In this document: piece by piece, positions 13,154-25,241 of the stretch
Layout: each line of letters opens with the position of its first letter
Position numbering within the stretch: the stretch's first letter is position 1
Assembly (NCBI GenBank): GCA_050230475.1
Contig: JBFLGF010000159.1
Coordinates: forward strand, 1 to 64,000
Direction of reading: 5' to 3'
DNA: 64,000 nucleotides
From: Ancylonema sp.
Lineage: Eukaryota
The notes under the pieces: model-generated
Database searches by the model: none
What the model was told of the DNA's origin: nothing
Seen by the model: only the letters and a program-made list of their open reading frames with translations
Position numbers and translations under genes: made by a program

Positions 13154-13664
13154 GGTCGGGGGGGGGGAGGGGGGGAGGGGCTGGGGCAGGTACATATATC
13201 AGCGGTGGTGGAGGAGAGGGGAGTGAGGGGGAGGGGTGGAGGATTTAGGGGCAGGAGGGTAGAGTAGGTATGGTGAATATGAGTCTTAACATCGACGGAT
13301 TGGGGGGGTGGGTTTAAATGACGGAGGGTCAAGTGCTGCGTCTACAGATTTTTCAAAAGAGGTAGAAGGGGTTGTTCGGGCAACGTAGTTGGTTTGGTCG
13401 CGGTAGTCACGTACTATACAAATAGAAAAGCGCATACGCATAGTGAGAGAAGTAGTTGAATTGTTACAAGCTAGCAAGGCAGCTCGCATGGCTATTTTGG
13501 GACTACAACCTTGGGGGAGAGGAGTCCCGTATTTGTGTTTTTTGTTTCCACAATATAATAAGTCGCGACCTTAACGTGATGCCCATTACCAGTTGTTGAT
13601 ACTTTTATCAAAATACTACATCTATGTCTTGTTGATGTGAAAGTTAAGTATACACACTTTTGAT

Positions 13665-13907
13665 CATAGTGGGGCGCACACATGCGCGCGGGTTTGGCGC
13701 ACATATTCGGTTGTGCGCATCGCGCACCTCGTGGCAAAATCCAAATTTGAAGTTTCGACTAAGATCAAAGCCGCTGCTCATAGTAGCAAGTTTTTGAAGT
13801 CTTTTTATCTTAAGTAAATTTTCCTAGTTCCGCATGCACTTGTGAGCGGGGTTGAGCGCACATGTTCCGACCTTGTGCGCGATTTTTGTTGTGCGCGCCC
13901 AACTATG
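13665..13907. mobile_element. hAT-type MITE, CATAGT-ended family (GCGCGCAC subfamily)
   Basis: TIR CATAGTGGGGCGCAC...GCGCGCCCAACTATG. 8-bp TSD CTTTTGAT/ATTTTGAT. A second copy lies at 36069-36259. Confidence 0.82.
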
Positions 13908-14614
13908 ATTTTGATGCATATGTTATTGCTTGAGGATCGGCTGTCACATATGCCTTTGTTATGAAACTCCATTGTCACAAGAGCGATATGGGTTAGACTT
14001 GTCCCGGACTTTCAGGTCCGTTCTTCTGTGTCGAAGTTCCAGACACGGGGGTACTAGGATGGTTTCCGTTTTTTTCTCAAAACAAATTTCAGACTTTTGT
14101 CGTGGCAAAACTTTGGAAAATGTATGCCGTGAATCATGTGCACTTTGCAAAAATGAAAGAGCTGGAAATTTTCCACCAGATCCACTTTCACCCGAAATAA
14201 ATGCAAGTAGCGAAGAACTTAAAAGGAACCCCCGTCCGAGTCCGGACAAGGGTCACAAACTCGAATAGTTACACTCCACGCAATTGCTGGGGACTCCAAT
14301 GCAAACTAGAAGATGCCAATCGAATATCGTCGAAGAAAACAATAGTTGGAATGAGTAGAAGGACCCAAGAGGGCCCATGGAATTATATTCCATGAATATA
14401 ATTCCATTATTCATGGAATATATTTCAGAGCAAACAAAAGACCAAATCATTTATTCACCGGGTTTTTCATAGGGACCATCTCTCAAGAGGTTGAGGAGTA
14501 CGTGCACCTCCAACAACCTTATTGGCGGATCAAGTTTTCTTGTGGTCTCTAAAACAAGTAAACTCGTGCCAATGTAAGACTCGTCGTCGGAAGCAGCCAT
14601 GGGGTTGCTTGACT

Positions 14615-14795
14615 TGTCAATAGCAACCAGTTTTACCTCAAAGGTCAAGACAACACCCGCCAAGAGATGATCGGCGTCGGTCACAACGGAACTATCATCC
14701 CATTTGCGGCATCGCAGGTAACCGTTGAGCTAAGCCAAAGCCCTTACAAGACCAAAGACCTTGGGCTTTGGAAAAGAGGAATAAAACCACCTTCC
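14615..14795 (-). pseudogene. Decayed fragment of a SlyD/FkpB-like FKBP peptidyl-prolyl isomerase
   Basis: The minus strand reads *LNGYLRCRKWDDSSVVTDADHLLAGVVLTFEVKLVAIDK, resembling the SlyD-type xDxNHxLAGxxLxFxVxVVxI C-terminus. There is a stop and apparent frameshifts upstream. Confidence 0.5.
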
Positions 14796-15605
14796 ACTCA
14801 ATCGTGTAATGACAACTAGCTTGACATTCGCTAGCTTGACCATGGCCCCTACTTTTAACGGTATTGGGTAATCAATGTTAACAAAAAGCACAACTATCAA
14901 TGGCAACAAGCAATAAGTCGGTCGATTGATCGATTAACGGAAATGTTAACGGTGCCATCCATTTGTGTTTCAAAATTTTGTTGTTGTTAATTCAATGCCC
15001 ACTATCGTGGTTTCCGTGAAGCCTACGAGCACGCGACATCGCCACTTCAACGGAATGACTTACCAAGAGAGAGGGTCCTAATAATACAGCCAGCCTAAGA
15101 AGTGCGAAAGCACGACAAATTTCAACGACACCGAAAGAAGACACTAGTCAGAGTAACCGGATGGATAACCCGTCTTTGAGCCCCGCCCTTTGCACAATTC
15201 AATTTATAAAATAAACTTTTTTTTTTGGGGGAAAAGGAGTCTTATATTTAATATTTCTTATACCCTGTATAAGAAAGTTTATATGGGAGACCTCGCGAAG
15301 ATTTTTATCGTAACGAGGTTTGAACACGTGGATCCATGTCAAATCTTTTAGCGTGCCGGAAAATATGTTGTGCATGTGAACTTGCAATACCTCAATTCAA
15401 GGAACCGATACGTTTTTGTGGTAATACTTGTACCCACGTTGTATGCGTAGATCATATAACACACCCGGTGGCAAGAATTTATGTAAGGATTTATGTGAGG
15501 AATTATGTGAAGAATTTATGTGAGGAAATTCATGTACAACGTACTAATCGATGGAGAATATTTATTGAGGGAAAGATAATCAAGAGGGATTGCATAACAT
15601 GTAAG

Positions 15606-15963
15606 TAAGGTGTGAGGAGCCCGGAGCCCAATGAGCCCGGAGCTCACCAGATCTGGGCTCATTGAGCCCGGAGCCCAAAGGTTGGAAAAATCCAATGAGC
15701 CTAGGGAGCCAAAAGAGGCCGGAGCTCAAATCGGAGCCCGGAGCTCGGAGCCCAGAGCCCGGAGCTAGTTGGGCTCATTTGAGATCCTCTGGGCTCTTCT
15801 GTGCTCATCTGGGGTCATCTGGGCTCATTTTTTGGGCTCCGAGCCGGGCGCCTTGCGCTACGAGCTCCGATCTGAGCTCTGGTCTCTGGGCTCCGATCCA
15901 GGCTTTGGGCTCATGAGCCTGGTGGCCGGAGCCCAGAGCAAATGCTTGGGCTCCCGCACCTTA
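15606..15963. mobile_element. hAT-type MITE with GGAGCCC subterminal repeats
   Basis: TIR TAAGGTGTGAGGAGCCC...GGGCTCCCGCACCTTA. 8-bp TSD CATGTAAG/CACGTAAG. Internal repeats are oriented as a fold-back. Confidence 0.85.
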
Positions 15964-16146
15964 CACGTAAGAGCAACAATTATGGTCGGACTACCCGGGC
16001 CAGACTACTGTTTGCGCCACGAACCGGATCGAATCTGGTCGAATGTCCCGAACTATGGTTGGGACAAGACAACTCGCGATGGACTATGAGTTGTCCATTT
16101 TAAAGCGCCATGACAACTTCTATGCAATTTTGTCCGCATATCTTAT

Positions 16147-17017
16147 GGCAGACTAAATAGGGCCGACTAAGGCTATACTTTCGGGGTCGAAATGACCTCA
16201 AACCGGCCGAATTTTAACTCGTATGTCGCATGTTAGGAAACAAATATGGTCGTATAACTTGAAATATTATAACGTCCACTCAGCAGCCGATCGATCGAAT
16301 GCCACATGAGCGAAACTCAGATCCCCGGCTGTTTTCCTCCTCCTGCTCTTATAGTCACCTAGCGCTCGTTACTCTCAGAACGGGCCATAAGTCTACGATT
16401 TCTCCGCCCTACACCGATTCGAAACCAATTTTAGAGCAGATGTTCATATGAAAAATGAATGTCTTGGCTTTCAAAAAATGTCTCTAAATAAAAATTCAGT
16501 CGTTCAAACAATTCACATAAATAAACATACTAACATGACCCCAAAAAGCGCGCGACTAGTGAAAGAGGAAAGAAAATTACACTTTTTCCCCTGGAATTTT
16601 TATAGAGGATAGTTGCTTGCTAGGGCTATCGATCTGTATATTTCTCAGAAAAAACGGCGAAGAAGGCATTCAAGGAGGAAAAATCGTGTCCGCAATTGGG
16701 CGTGTGAGGTCAGAATGGTTTTAGTGAGGGATATACCCTCAGCAGGCCAGTAGCAAGGTTCAGGCCGAAGTTTTGGTGGCTGGACGGTGACGGGCTTGGT
16801 CATTCGTCGAAGCTTCCGTACACCCACGAAAGAGGAGTTAGTTTCCTGCTAAGCGCCGACTAACGGTAGTCATCATTCAGTCGAAATTCCAGGCGCAACT
16901 AACTTTTTAACTTTGACCGTGCTTAGAATCTGCCATAAGAACGACAAAACTAATTAAGGCGTCGAGGGAAGATGGCGCAAGTCGAAAAGCGACTTAGTCG
17001 GGCCTAGTTAGTCTGCC
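16147..17017. mobile_element. Non-autonomous TIR DNA transposon, possibly PIF/Harbinger
   Basis: 25-bp TIR GGCAGACTAAATAGGGCCGACTAAG versus CTTAGTCGGGCCTAGTTAGTCTGCC (23/25 match). Flanks TTA/TCA are compatible with a 3-bp TSD. Superfamily uncertain. Confidence 0.7.
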
Positions 17018-17524
17018 TTCAAATATATTGAGCATATTATGCTCTAAGAAACCCAGAATAGTAAAACATGTATATTTTATTGTCTATAAAAGATACACGG
17101 TTTCTTATGCTTATATCGAGGGAGGTTTGGTAGGGGAAAAAATATGTTTCTATGAACTTCTGAAAAAACGATGAGAATTTTCTTAATTTCAACAAGAAGT
17201 CTCTTATAACGACGTTTCTTATAGTGGTTTCTTAGGTTTCTTTAAGTGTACGCTACGAAACGGTGGCAGTTGGAACGGTCGGACACCGCTTAGAGGCGGT
17301 GGGACCTATTCATTGAAATTTGTGAAGATCAATACTACTAGTAATTAATGAAAATAATTTGGCCACGAATTAAATGCCAAACTTTGTTTTCCCTCCACCT
17401 TCCGACCGGCGCACCCTCGTCCCACCGCCCCTACCCGCAGTGGGGCAGTTGAGTGGCGGGTGGATGGCGGTTGGCGGTCGGCCCTAATCATTAAAACCTG
17501 TGAAGATCAGTACTATTAATATAT

Positions 17525-17809
17525 GGGAGAGACTGCGGGCACCCCCCAAAGCGACTGCGGGCACCCCCATCCAACAAGCCCGAAGTTCTCTCCATATGTT
17601 TTACTCCACATTGATCAGAAAAAAATATAAAAAAAACATTAATATTTACTTCGTAGTTTTTTCTACAGTAAACAGAAAAAATATTTTAAATATCGCAAAG
17701 CGTTTGGAAGCTATGATTTTTTGAACTTACCTTATTTTAAGGGAAAGACTGCGGGCCAGTCGGAGGGGGGTGCCCGCAGTCGCTTTGGGGGGTGCCCGCA
17801 GTCTCTCCC
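17525..17809. mobile_element. Mutator-like MITE
   Basis: ~44-bp TIR GGGAGAGACTGCGGGCACCCCCCAAAGCGACTGCGGGCACCCCC. 9-bp flanks TTAATATAT/TAAATATAT. AT-rich core. Confidence 0.78.
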
Positions 17810-18401
17810 TAAATATATTTTCGGTTTGACCCGCGTTTAGTTTGATCTGTGTTTCCCCCGCCCGCCCGCCCCGGAAGATTCTTGCGCTACCTGCCATACG
17901 AAAAGGCCTCAACGGTCCAGGCACGTGTGGAGACAGCCCCGGGAATCAGGCGCCGAGTGGACGTACTAGATCGACGCCAATCACGTGCGGTGAGAGCACA
18001 GGTGTCACCGAAGCATCTTCCGGTGATATTACCACTGAGTGGTGTGCCGACCACAATCTGAGGCTGCCACCGCTCGAACAAAATTGACGAATCAAATTAG
18101 GGTACCCACCTGGGCAGTCACGTGCGAGTGCATTGACTGTCTCGCCACACCCTTGACCGGACCTCCGACCACACGCCGCAGGTGATCGCCGCCGCGGGAT
18201 CGAAATGCTCTCCTGTCAGCTTCGCGTGTGTTTCGCCTTCGGCCAGTATATATACGTCCATCCCCGGCCTCCTGATAGCACTTTACTGATTTCAGACTCT
18301 TCTTTCAGTTCTGTTTCAACCTCAGGCCTTCACTCAGCCTTCTTCCAGCTAGCTTCCAAGCTTCCAAGCTGTCACACAACTTCATCATCTTTCGAGTGAA
18401 C

Positions 18402-19815
18402 ATGGCACACATGGCCTTCGCAAGTCCGTACCTTCCCTTAGACCGCCTCAAATATACGTCTGTGAAGTTGAGAGGATACGGAACTTTAAGCCGACTATCA
18501 CACCACCATAGTAGTCATACACGTCGTCAGGTCGTGTTTGTCCAGACGTCCAGCCAGAGTCACGGCTCCTTGTCGCTCTCACTCCCGCATACGCAGAAGC
18601 AACATGTCTCGAAGGTGCGCGATTGTTCCACCCACCTGGTCGCGAAAAGCGGATGCGATACAGACGGGCGGGGGCGGGGCCTCGAAGAAACTACCCCCGT
18701 GACAGAGGCCGCTGGCATGTGCCTGAAGCCTACCCCAGCCTTGGAGGCCGCGCAGCCGTAGAGGGTGGCAACAGACAGCGGCGAGGCGGACGCGGAGGGG
18801 CCTCCTCCTTCCCCAGACTCCAGACGGTAAGGTTTTCTCTTCTTGGAGGCCTAGGCTGAGACGCACTTGCAATCGTGATTTAGTCTTCACTCTCAGTTCT
18901 GGTCCTGGTTTTTTTAATTGTGTTCTGCTCCTGGTTCTGGTGTCCGTTCCCATCTCGGACACTCGCAGAGTGCCTGAGATGCTGTCTGCTAATGTGGTCT
19001 GTACCAGATATCACATTTGGAGTCCGAGTCCGCAGCAGTTGAGCGCCGGCGGGTACAGCACACGACATCAGTGGGTAGAGCCCTAGAGGAGATGACCAGG
19101 TGTGCGCATGTCCGGGAGTTGCATCAGGAGTGGGCAGAATCGGCCAGAGAGAAGGCCAGGCTTATGGCTGTGAAGAGGGAAAGAGCTGGCTGTAGTAAAA
19201 AAAAGAGCAAGTTAGAAGCTGAACTGAAATCGTTAGGGAGGTTAGAGGGGTTGTTCAAGAATCAATCGGACTGTTTTTCGGAGAGTTGTGAGGCGTGGAA
19301 GAGGAAGGAGGCGTCTCTTCGTGTCACCCTGGAGACCGGATCCCCGTTGACATTGAAGATGGATCACATTTTCCAACTCAAGGATGCTCAGATGAGTGTT
19401 CTGGCGGCCAAGGGAAAGTCAAAATCCGTTTCTATGGCACCTAAGATATCGAAGATGAAGACGAGGGGACAAGTGGCGAGCCTCGTTCGTGTTTGGGAAA
19501 GTAGAGCGGACACGGTGACGACGGATCGATGTCCGATCGACGTACAAAAACTAAAGGTGAGTAGTATGCGTTTGTGGGTTTGTCGGGAGTTACTTGAATA
19601 AAATGCACTTTTAAATTTCCAACTCTTTAGGACATTGCAATGGTATTTTCTTTACCGTTTTGCTCACTTCTATGTCCTCCTTTCTTTTTGAGTAGGCAAC
19701 TTGCGATGATGGCTCTTTAGAGCATAGGTTGGATAAGCAACGTAGGTGTCTTCACATGGAAGAGAGGTTGAGAAACCTTATTAAGTGTCGCCGAAATATG
19801 CATTCATTAAGATAA
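18402..19815 (+). other. Unidentified, probably decaying spliced gene with a coiled-coil exon (~19008-19556)
   Basis: TATATATA at ~18246, then a pyrimidine-rich leader and an ATG at 18402. Donor ACG|GTAAGG near 18827, acceptor near 19007, a 180-aa K/E-rich helical ORF, and donor AAG|GTGAGT at 19557. The frames do not join cleanly and no family was recognised. Confidence 0.35.
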
Positions 19816-21189
19816 CTTGGATTTAAACATGTCTCCAAATATGTCATAGCTTTTCTAGGTGTAGGTCGGGAAATAATAGAGGAAGTCAATGAAGTCCTAG
19901 ATGAGACGGTCTCAAATATTTTGCCGCATTTGGTGGTCCCGAAAGTAGGTCATTAGATTATGGTCCAAAATTTAGTTGTGAGAGGATGCATTTGACCATC
20001 TCGATGACGCTACTTCATGTCACTTCTTCTCAAAGGGAAGCGAGAAAGATACCTAATGTTAGTCTCGTAAAACATGGTGTTGTTTCGTTATCTTGCTAGA
20101 ACCTCGAAGTTCGAGTTGTAAACGAAATAAAATATAGATTTTGTGGGAATAGTGCAACATTCGATTTGTACACGTGAGGTGGCCATACCGGGATCGAGAT
20201 ATGTGAGCGATATGTTTAGCTAATGTGGTCACCAACCATGTGTTCCGTTTTGTTACTATTGACATGAAACGTTTGTTGTTGGTATGTGTGAACACCATGT
20301 TTGTGAGCAATGGATACCATGAAACTTCGCGGGAGGGCTCGTGTCCCTTCTATTACACTTTGATACACATGTCAAGTGCACATTGAAATCATCGTTGTAC
20401 GGATCGGAAAGCAGATTCGAAGGATGAAATTCATAGTTCATACTAATTTTCTGGATACATGGATAGGCGGTGTACCACACATCGAGGTAAAATGCATGAG
20501 GAGAGCGAGCTAGCTAGTATGGGCGTGGCGAGGCCAACAAGAGCTCATGTCACAATTGGATGCAACAAGTGCGTACACAAATGTGACTTGAATTGCGCAC
20601 ACATGGCTTTGTCTCGGATTTTGAATTTGATTGGAGTGTGGTCCCGCGCTCATGCCCTATGAGCACATCGTCCGGCTATCATATGCTCGTGATGTCGCCA
20701 AGCCCTAGTGCCTACACCTAGAGAGGTCCACTTTCTACTGGTAGACACTAGAGTGCCTCTTGATAAAGAATGATACAAGATACTTGTCGTACCTATATCG
20801 ATCGTGTATGGCTACACGTGCAAGCACTACACCGTACAGGCACACCGTACACATCGTGACTATAACAAGGCCCACTCGACCGTACAAGCTTAGCAATGCC
20901 ATCTCCCTAGGTACACTCCGTACTCTCATAACCGCGCCTAGACGGCATGCAATTACCGAGCACCGCTCCCCATCACCGCGCCAAGACGGCATGCGGTGCC
21001 GCAACTCGCGCGATCACAACGCGCTCGCGCTTCAAATTAATGCTCACTAACGTACTGGGCAAGATATCTAACGCTGTCTCTGGACGCGTCGAACGCACTA
21101 TCGTACGCAGCAAATGATCACCGCTACAATATTCAGCATCCGCTCAATGATATCAGCCTTTGATCTTCTAACATCGCCATAGCCAAGGC

Positions 21190-22127
21190 CATAGTTGCAC
21201 GAACTCCGAACCATTTCCGAACCGGATCTTAGATGGAACCGGTTCCGACAAAAGTGGCCGCGGTTCGGAACCGCGGGAATTAGGTTTTTCCCACTTAAAC
21301 GGCATTTTGAGGGGCTATATAGCTCGGGAAAAATCGACAAATAGTTTTTTTTTGTGTCCCACTTCATGGTCTATCCAAAAAAATAAAAATAAAATGATAT
21401 ACATTGTAAAAAAACTCAAAACTGTTTTTTTCATGAGTGTATCTACCTGCTTTTGGTGCATTTCTTTGTTTTATCTCAATTTTGTGCACACTTTCTTGCT
21501 ATTTATGTAAAAGTAGTTCTATAACAAGTTCCACTGTCAGTTTCAATCTTTTTCCAACCATCCATAACCTCCATCCCATATATATTTCTTCATTCCCATT
21601 CCGTGTTTTAATTCCATGTGAAAATGTTGCGACATAATGTTGTTACCCGTTTTGTATTGCCACTCGACATTTTATTTAACTTTCCATGTTTCTTTTATTT
21701 TCAATCGTCTACTCAAAGCTGCGGCAATCCACTGCGGCAATCCATTTATATCCACTCTCTTCCTACTCAATTCTCCTACCTTTCACATAAAGTTTTTCAT
21801 AGTGGAAGGTCGCGTGCTATTTTCTGCCAACGAAAATGCACCACGTCCTGCCATGGCGCGAAATAAAGCAAATTGAAACTAACAATGGCCGCGCCATATT
21901 TTTCCGATAATTTTTTTCACAATTTTAGCGTGTCAAAATGACGTGGAGTCACCAACATGAATATTTACAACGATTTATTCCCCCCGCGTACGTTTCTTGG
22001 GAGGGAAAAAATGTTATACCTCGGTAAGGAGTAAAACCCTAAAAATCTCCCGGTTCGTCCGGTTCCGAAACGGTTCCATCTCGGAACCGTTTCCCAAAAA
22101 AAAAAACAGCCGGTTCGTGCAACTATG
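21190..22127. mobile_element. Non-autonomous hAT element, CATAGTT-ended family (GGAACCG subfamily)
   Basis: TIR CATAGTTGCACGAAC...GTTCGTGCAACTATG. Perfect 8-bp TSD GCCAAGGC. Subterminal GGAACCG/CGGTTCC repeats. Confidence 0.9.
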
Positions 22128-22513
22128 GCCAAGGCTCAACGTAATCACTAAAAAACACGTCACCGCGCTTGCCAAAGCGTAGTTGGTATGCACTCTGGCG
22201 TAATGCAGCCATAGTGCTCATGCATCAGAATACATAGTCCGAAAGTCCAACAAGGCACTTCCGACTCACTTGTACATCCGTACGCTAGGATGTAATCTAC
22301 ACCGTACGCATGCGTCCGATCTAATTTATATAGTCCAAGTGTATTCCACCTGTAGCCGCAATCGATTACGATCACAATCGGCCAATCACATTCATGCCAG
22401 CATGGCACTATATGACCCCACAACCCGGGAGCCAAACCCGACCACGTTTCGCTGGAACGTCCCGTGGCCTGACGCCCGCTATACCGAACACGACTAATTC
22501 CCCGCTACAACGA

Positions 22514-22578
22514 TCGCTACAAATCGCGACGGCATCGCTACAACTCGCGACGGCATCGTTACAATCACGACGGCATCG
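22514..22578. repeat. Three copies of a ~21-bp tandem repeat (TCGCTACAAnTCGCGACGGCA)
   Basis: Direct tandem copies are visible in the sequence. Confidence 0.75.
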
Positions 22579-25241
22579 AATATCATTCGTTCTCTCGAAC
22601 AACTAATAATTCAGCGGGCTCCCGCCCGCTGCCGCTCTATCGCGAACAAATAAATAACCCAGCCCCCAGCCGCCTACTGCCCTACTGCAGACCGCATGCT
22701 AGCGGCGTCAACCGTACCCGGGTCAATACCCAGCCGGGACCGTATGGCACACACGTGCCGCACGTGCGACTGGAGTAAGTATGACATAGTCGATAGTATC
22801 AAGAATAAAATGTTTGTAACGTTTCTACCGCGTGTTACGTCTATGCCTTGCTCTCGTTTGTGTTTTGGTTGTTAGGGTCTCTCGGGTGGCAGGACAACAT
22901 CAGGGTTACTTCTTTTCGTAGTCCAGTTCACCCAAGTGGGGGAGCGAGAATGCCAAGCGGATGGTAGTCTCGCATTTATGGCGTTGCTTCGGCATCTCGC
23001 AAGAACCTCAAACTTCGAGTTGTAGCCGAGAAAAATCATAAACTATGTGCGAGGAGTGCGATATTCATTTTGTACAGATGAAATGGCCATGCCGTGATTG
23101 AGATACTTGAGCGATCAGTATTTTTCACGTGGTCACAAGGGATCCGATTTTCTACTATTGACACGATGATACACGTGTCGTCGGTATGTGTAAATACCAT
23201 GCGTTAACACGTGTCAAGACGTACACTCATGCAATGAGTATTATGTGATTTCGCCAAGCAAAAGTAAATCAAACACTTTATGGAACCTTTAACCAGTTCC
23301 TCTCATTGAACCACTAGCCCATTACTTCATTCCATTATTCGTAAAGTGACCGATCACAGGTGAAACTACACGTTTGGGTTGAACGTGACCCGAATATCAA
23401 TCAATTGCACCTAATATTTACATATATTTAAGTTTCACGACATGTCCTACTTTATACTTTTTTTCCGGTCCCGACATTGTTGACTTACACGTTCACTCTA
23501 CTTTTTTTTTTATAACACATGTATAACAAAATACATTTTTATTCGGATTGGGATCCCTTCTTGCTTGATAATACGCATCTTCTTAAATAAACAAAAGAAG
23601 GAAATAATAAGACCTTCGATTCGGCGGTCGCGATGTAGCTTTGGCGATCGACCTCGTTTTTTTATTTTTTGGAAAATTCTCATCACACCAAGTCTTTTTG
23701 CAATCGCGCGATCTCTTTTTCCTACCTTGTAATAAAAAAGTTCAAGAAATTTGTGTAAATGATGTACCGTGTTGCTCTATTTGACGTCCACGCCGTCATA
23801 TATCGAATTAAAAAAAAACACACATGGATTTAAATTTGGTGATTAATGAAAAACCACTTCAGTCTTCCCAGGATGTCCTCGTGCTATTATTAGCATGAGA
23901 AGGCACAAAATATATGGACAAAATCCATAGAAGATCATGTATCATGAAGAATAAAAATAATAGTCCGAACTTGAGACACGAAAAAGTGCTCCTCACGTGC
24001 TTGTTGAAGGGATAAAAAGATTTTGTCGTTAATGAGTTTAATGCTAAGTATACGACGCCCGCATTTACTTACAAATGTATTGGTGACAGAGATACTTTCT
24101 TTTCGAGTGACATTGAAAAGTAACGATAGTAAAAAATTGTAAAGCACCTCGCCTTGAACTTTCTATACATGTACATTAAATAAGGAAAAAGAAATACCAA
24201 CTGAGACCCACCGAGTTGTACAAGAGGTTGCGTCATCCATACGTTTTGGACGGCTTTTCCTCAAATTCGCGATAGTTTATGCGAGTCTTGTTTCGGTGGA
24301 ACAAATTGCATCATATTCGAAAAAGTCTCGCGCGTGGCAAATTTGGGCACAATTGACTGGCCATGTTGTCCGGGTACATCTATTATACATATTCGGCTTC
24401 ACAAATCCCACAAATCAATTCAATAATTACTATAACCAACATGCTATCCACAATGACTGGTCATTGCAACAAATCATAACTTTTCAAAAGAATTATTAGT
24501 GGCTAGGCTATAACATTTACTTTTTATGTGTACCTTGCTAGTTCTCCCAAATACGACAAGCGGAAACAACACTTCATGTGGAGCCCGTGCAAAACAACAT
24601 TCAGATATCCAGTCGTGTATGGCTGACAAAAACGTACACGTGAATGAAGTGATACTATATACCCACGCCCGTAGGCGTAGGTGAATGCCCTTTAGACCTA
24701 CTAGCGTCATGACATCATAGCGGCATACTTTTTCGCAACGGTAGATTAGGTGGCAACCCATTCATGGCTGAGAGATCCACGAAATCTCACTCGAATCAAG
24801 CAATCCGTTACATACAATTTCGCATAAGAAACTTTGAGTATTAAGAAAAAATGCAAGAGAATGAGAGCAAACATGTACGTGAGTGTCACATACATCATTA
24901 TGATATTGTGCATATGTACAGAATCGAAATGTCACCCGTGGTCACCTCAAACTCGGATCAATTTCAGTGGCAAAGACGTAACAGCTCTCTGCAAAACAAA
25001 ACGAATAAACCAAAATACGAATGTATTGAAGGGGGGAATCTAAATCATATCATGGGGCTGGAAATCATCCAGTTGGCAAACATCTCCTTCGTCTTTGCAG
25101 CAATGCAAGCATCCCATAGATTGAGGGTTCCCCTACGAATTCTACAATATAGTGCAAAATATCGATGTTGTCAAATTATTTACAACTCCCATCACTGTCC
25201 TTAAAAAAAATCGGTCACTCCAAAGCCTCCCCCCTTCCAGT

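Noticed and set aside
14377..14422. Perfect 14-bp AT-rich hairpin ATGGAATTATATTC-CAT-GAATATAATTCCAT
   Set aside because: It is too short for a miRNA precursor and is consistent with a local template-switch duplication.
22514..22578. Short repeats as a possible CRISPR-like array (also 37920-38095)
   Set aside because: They are tandem copies without unique spacers, or transposon subterminal repeats. The context is eukaryotic and there are no cas genes.
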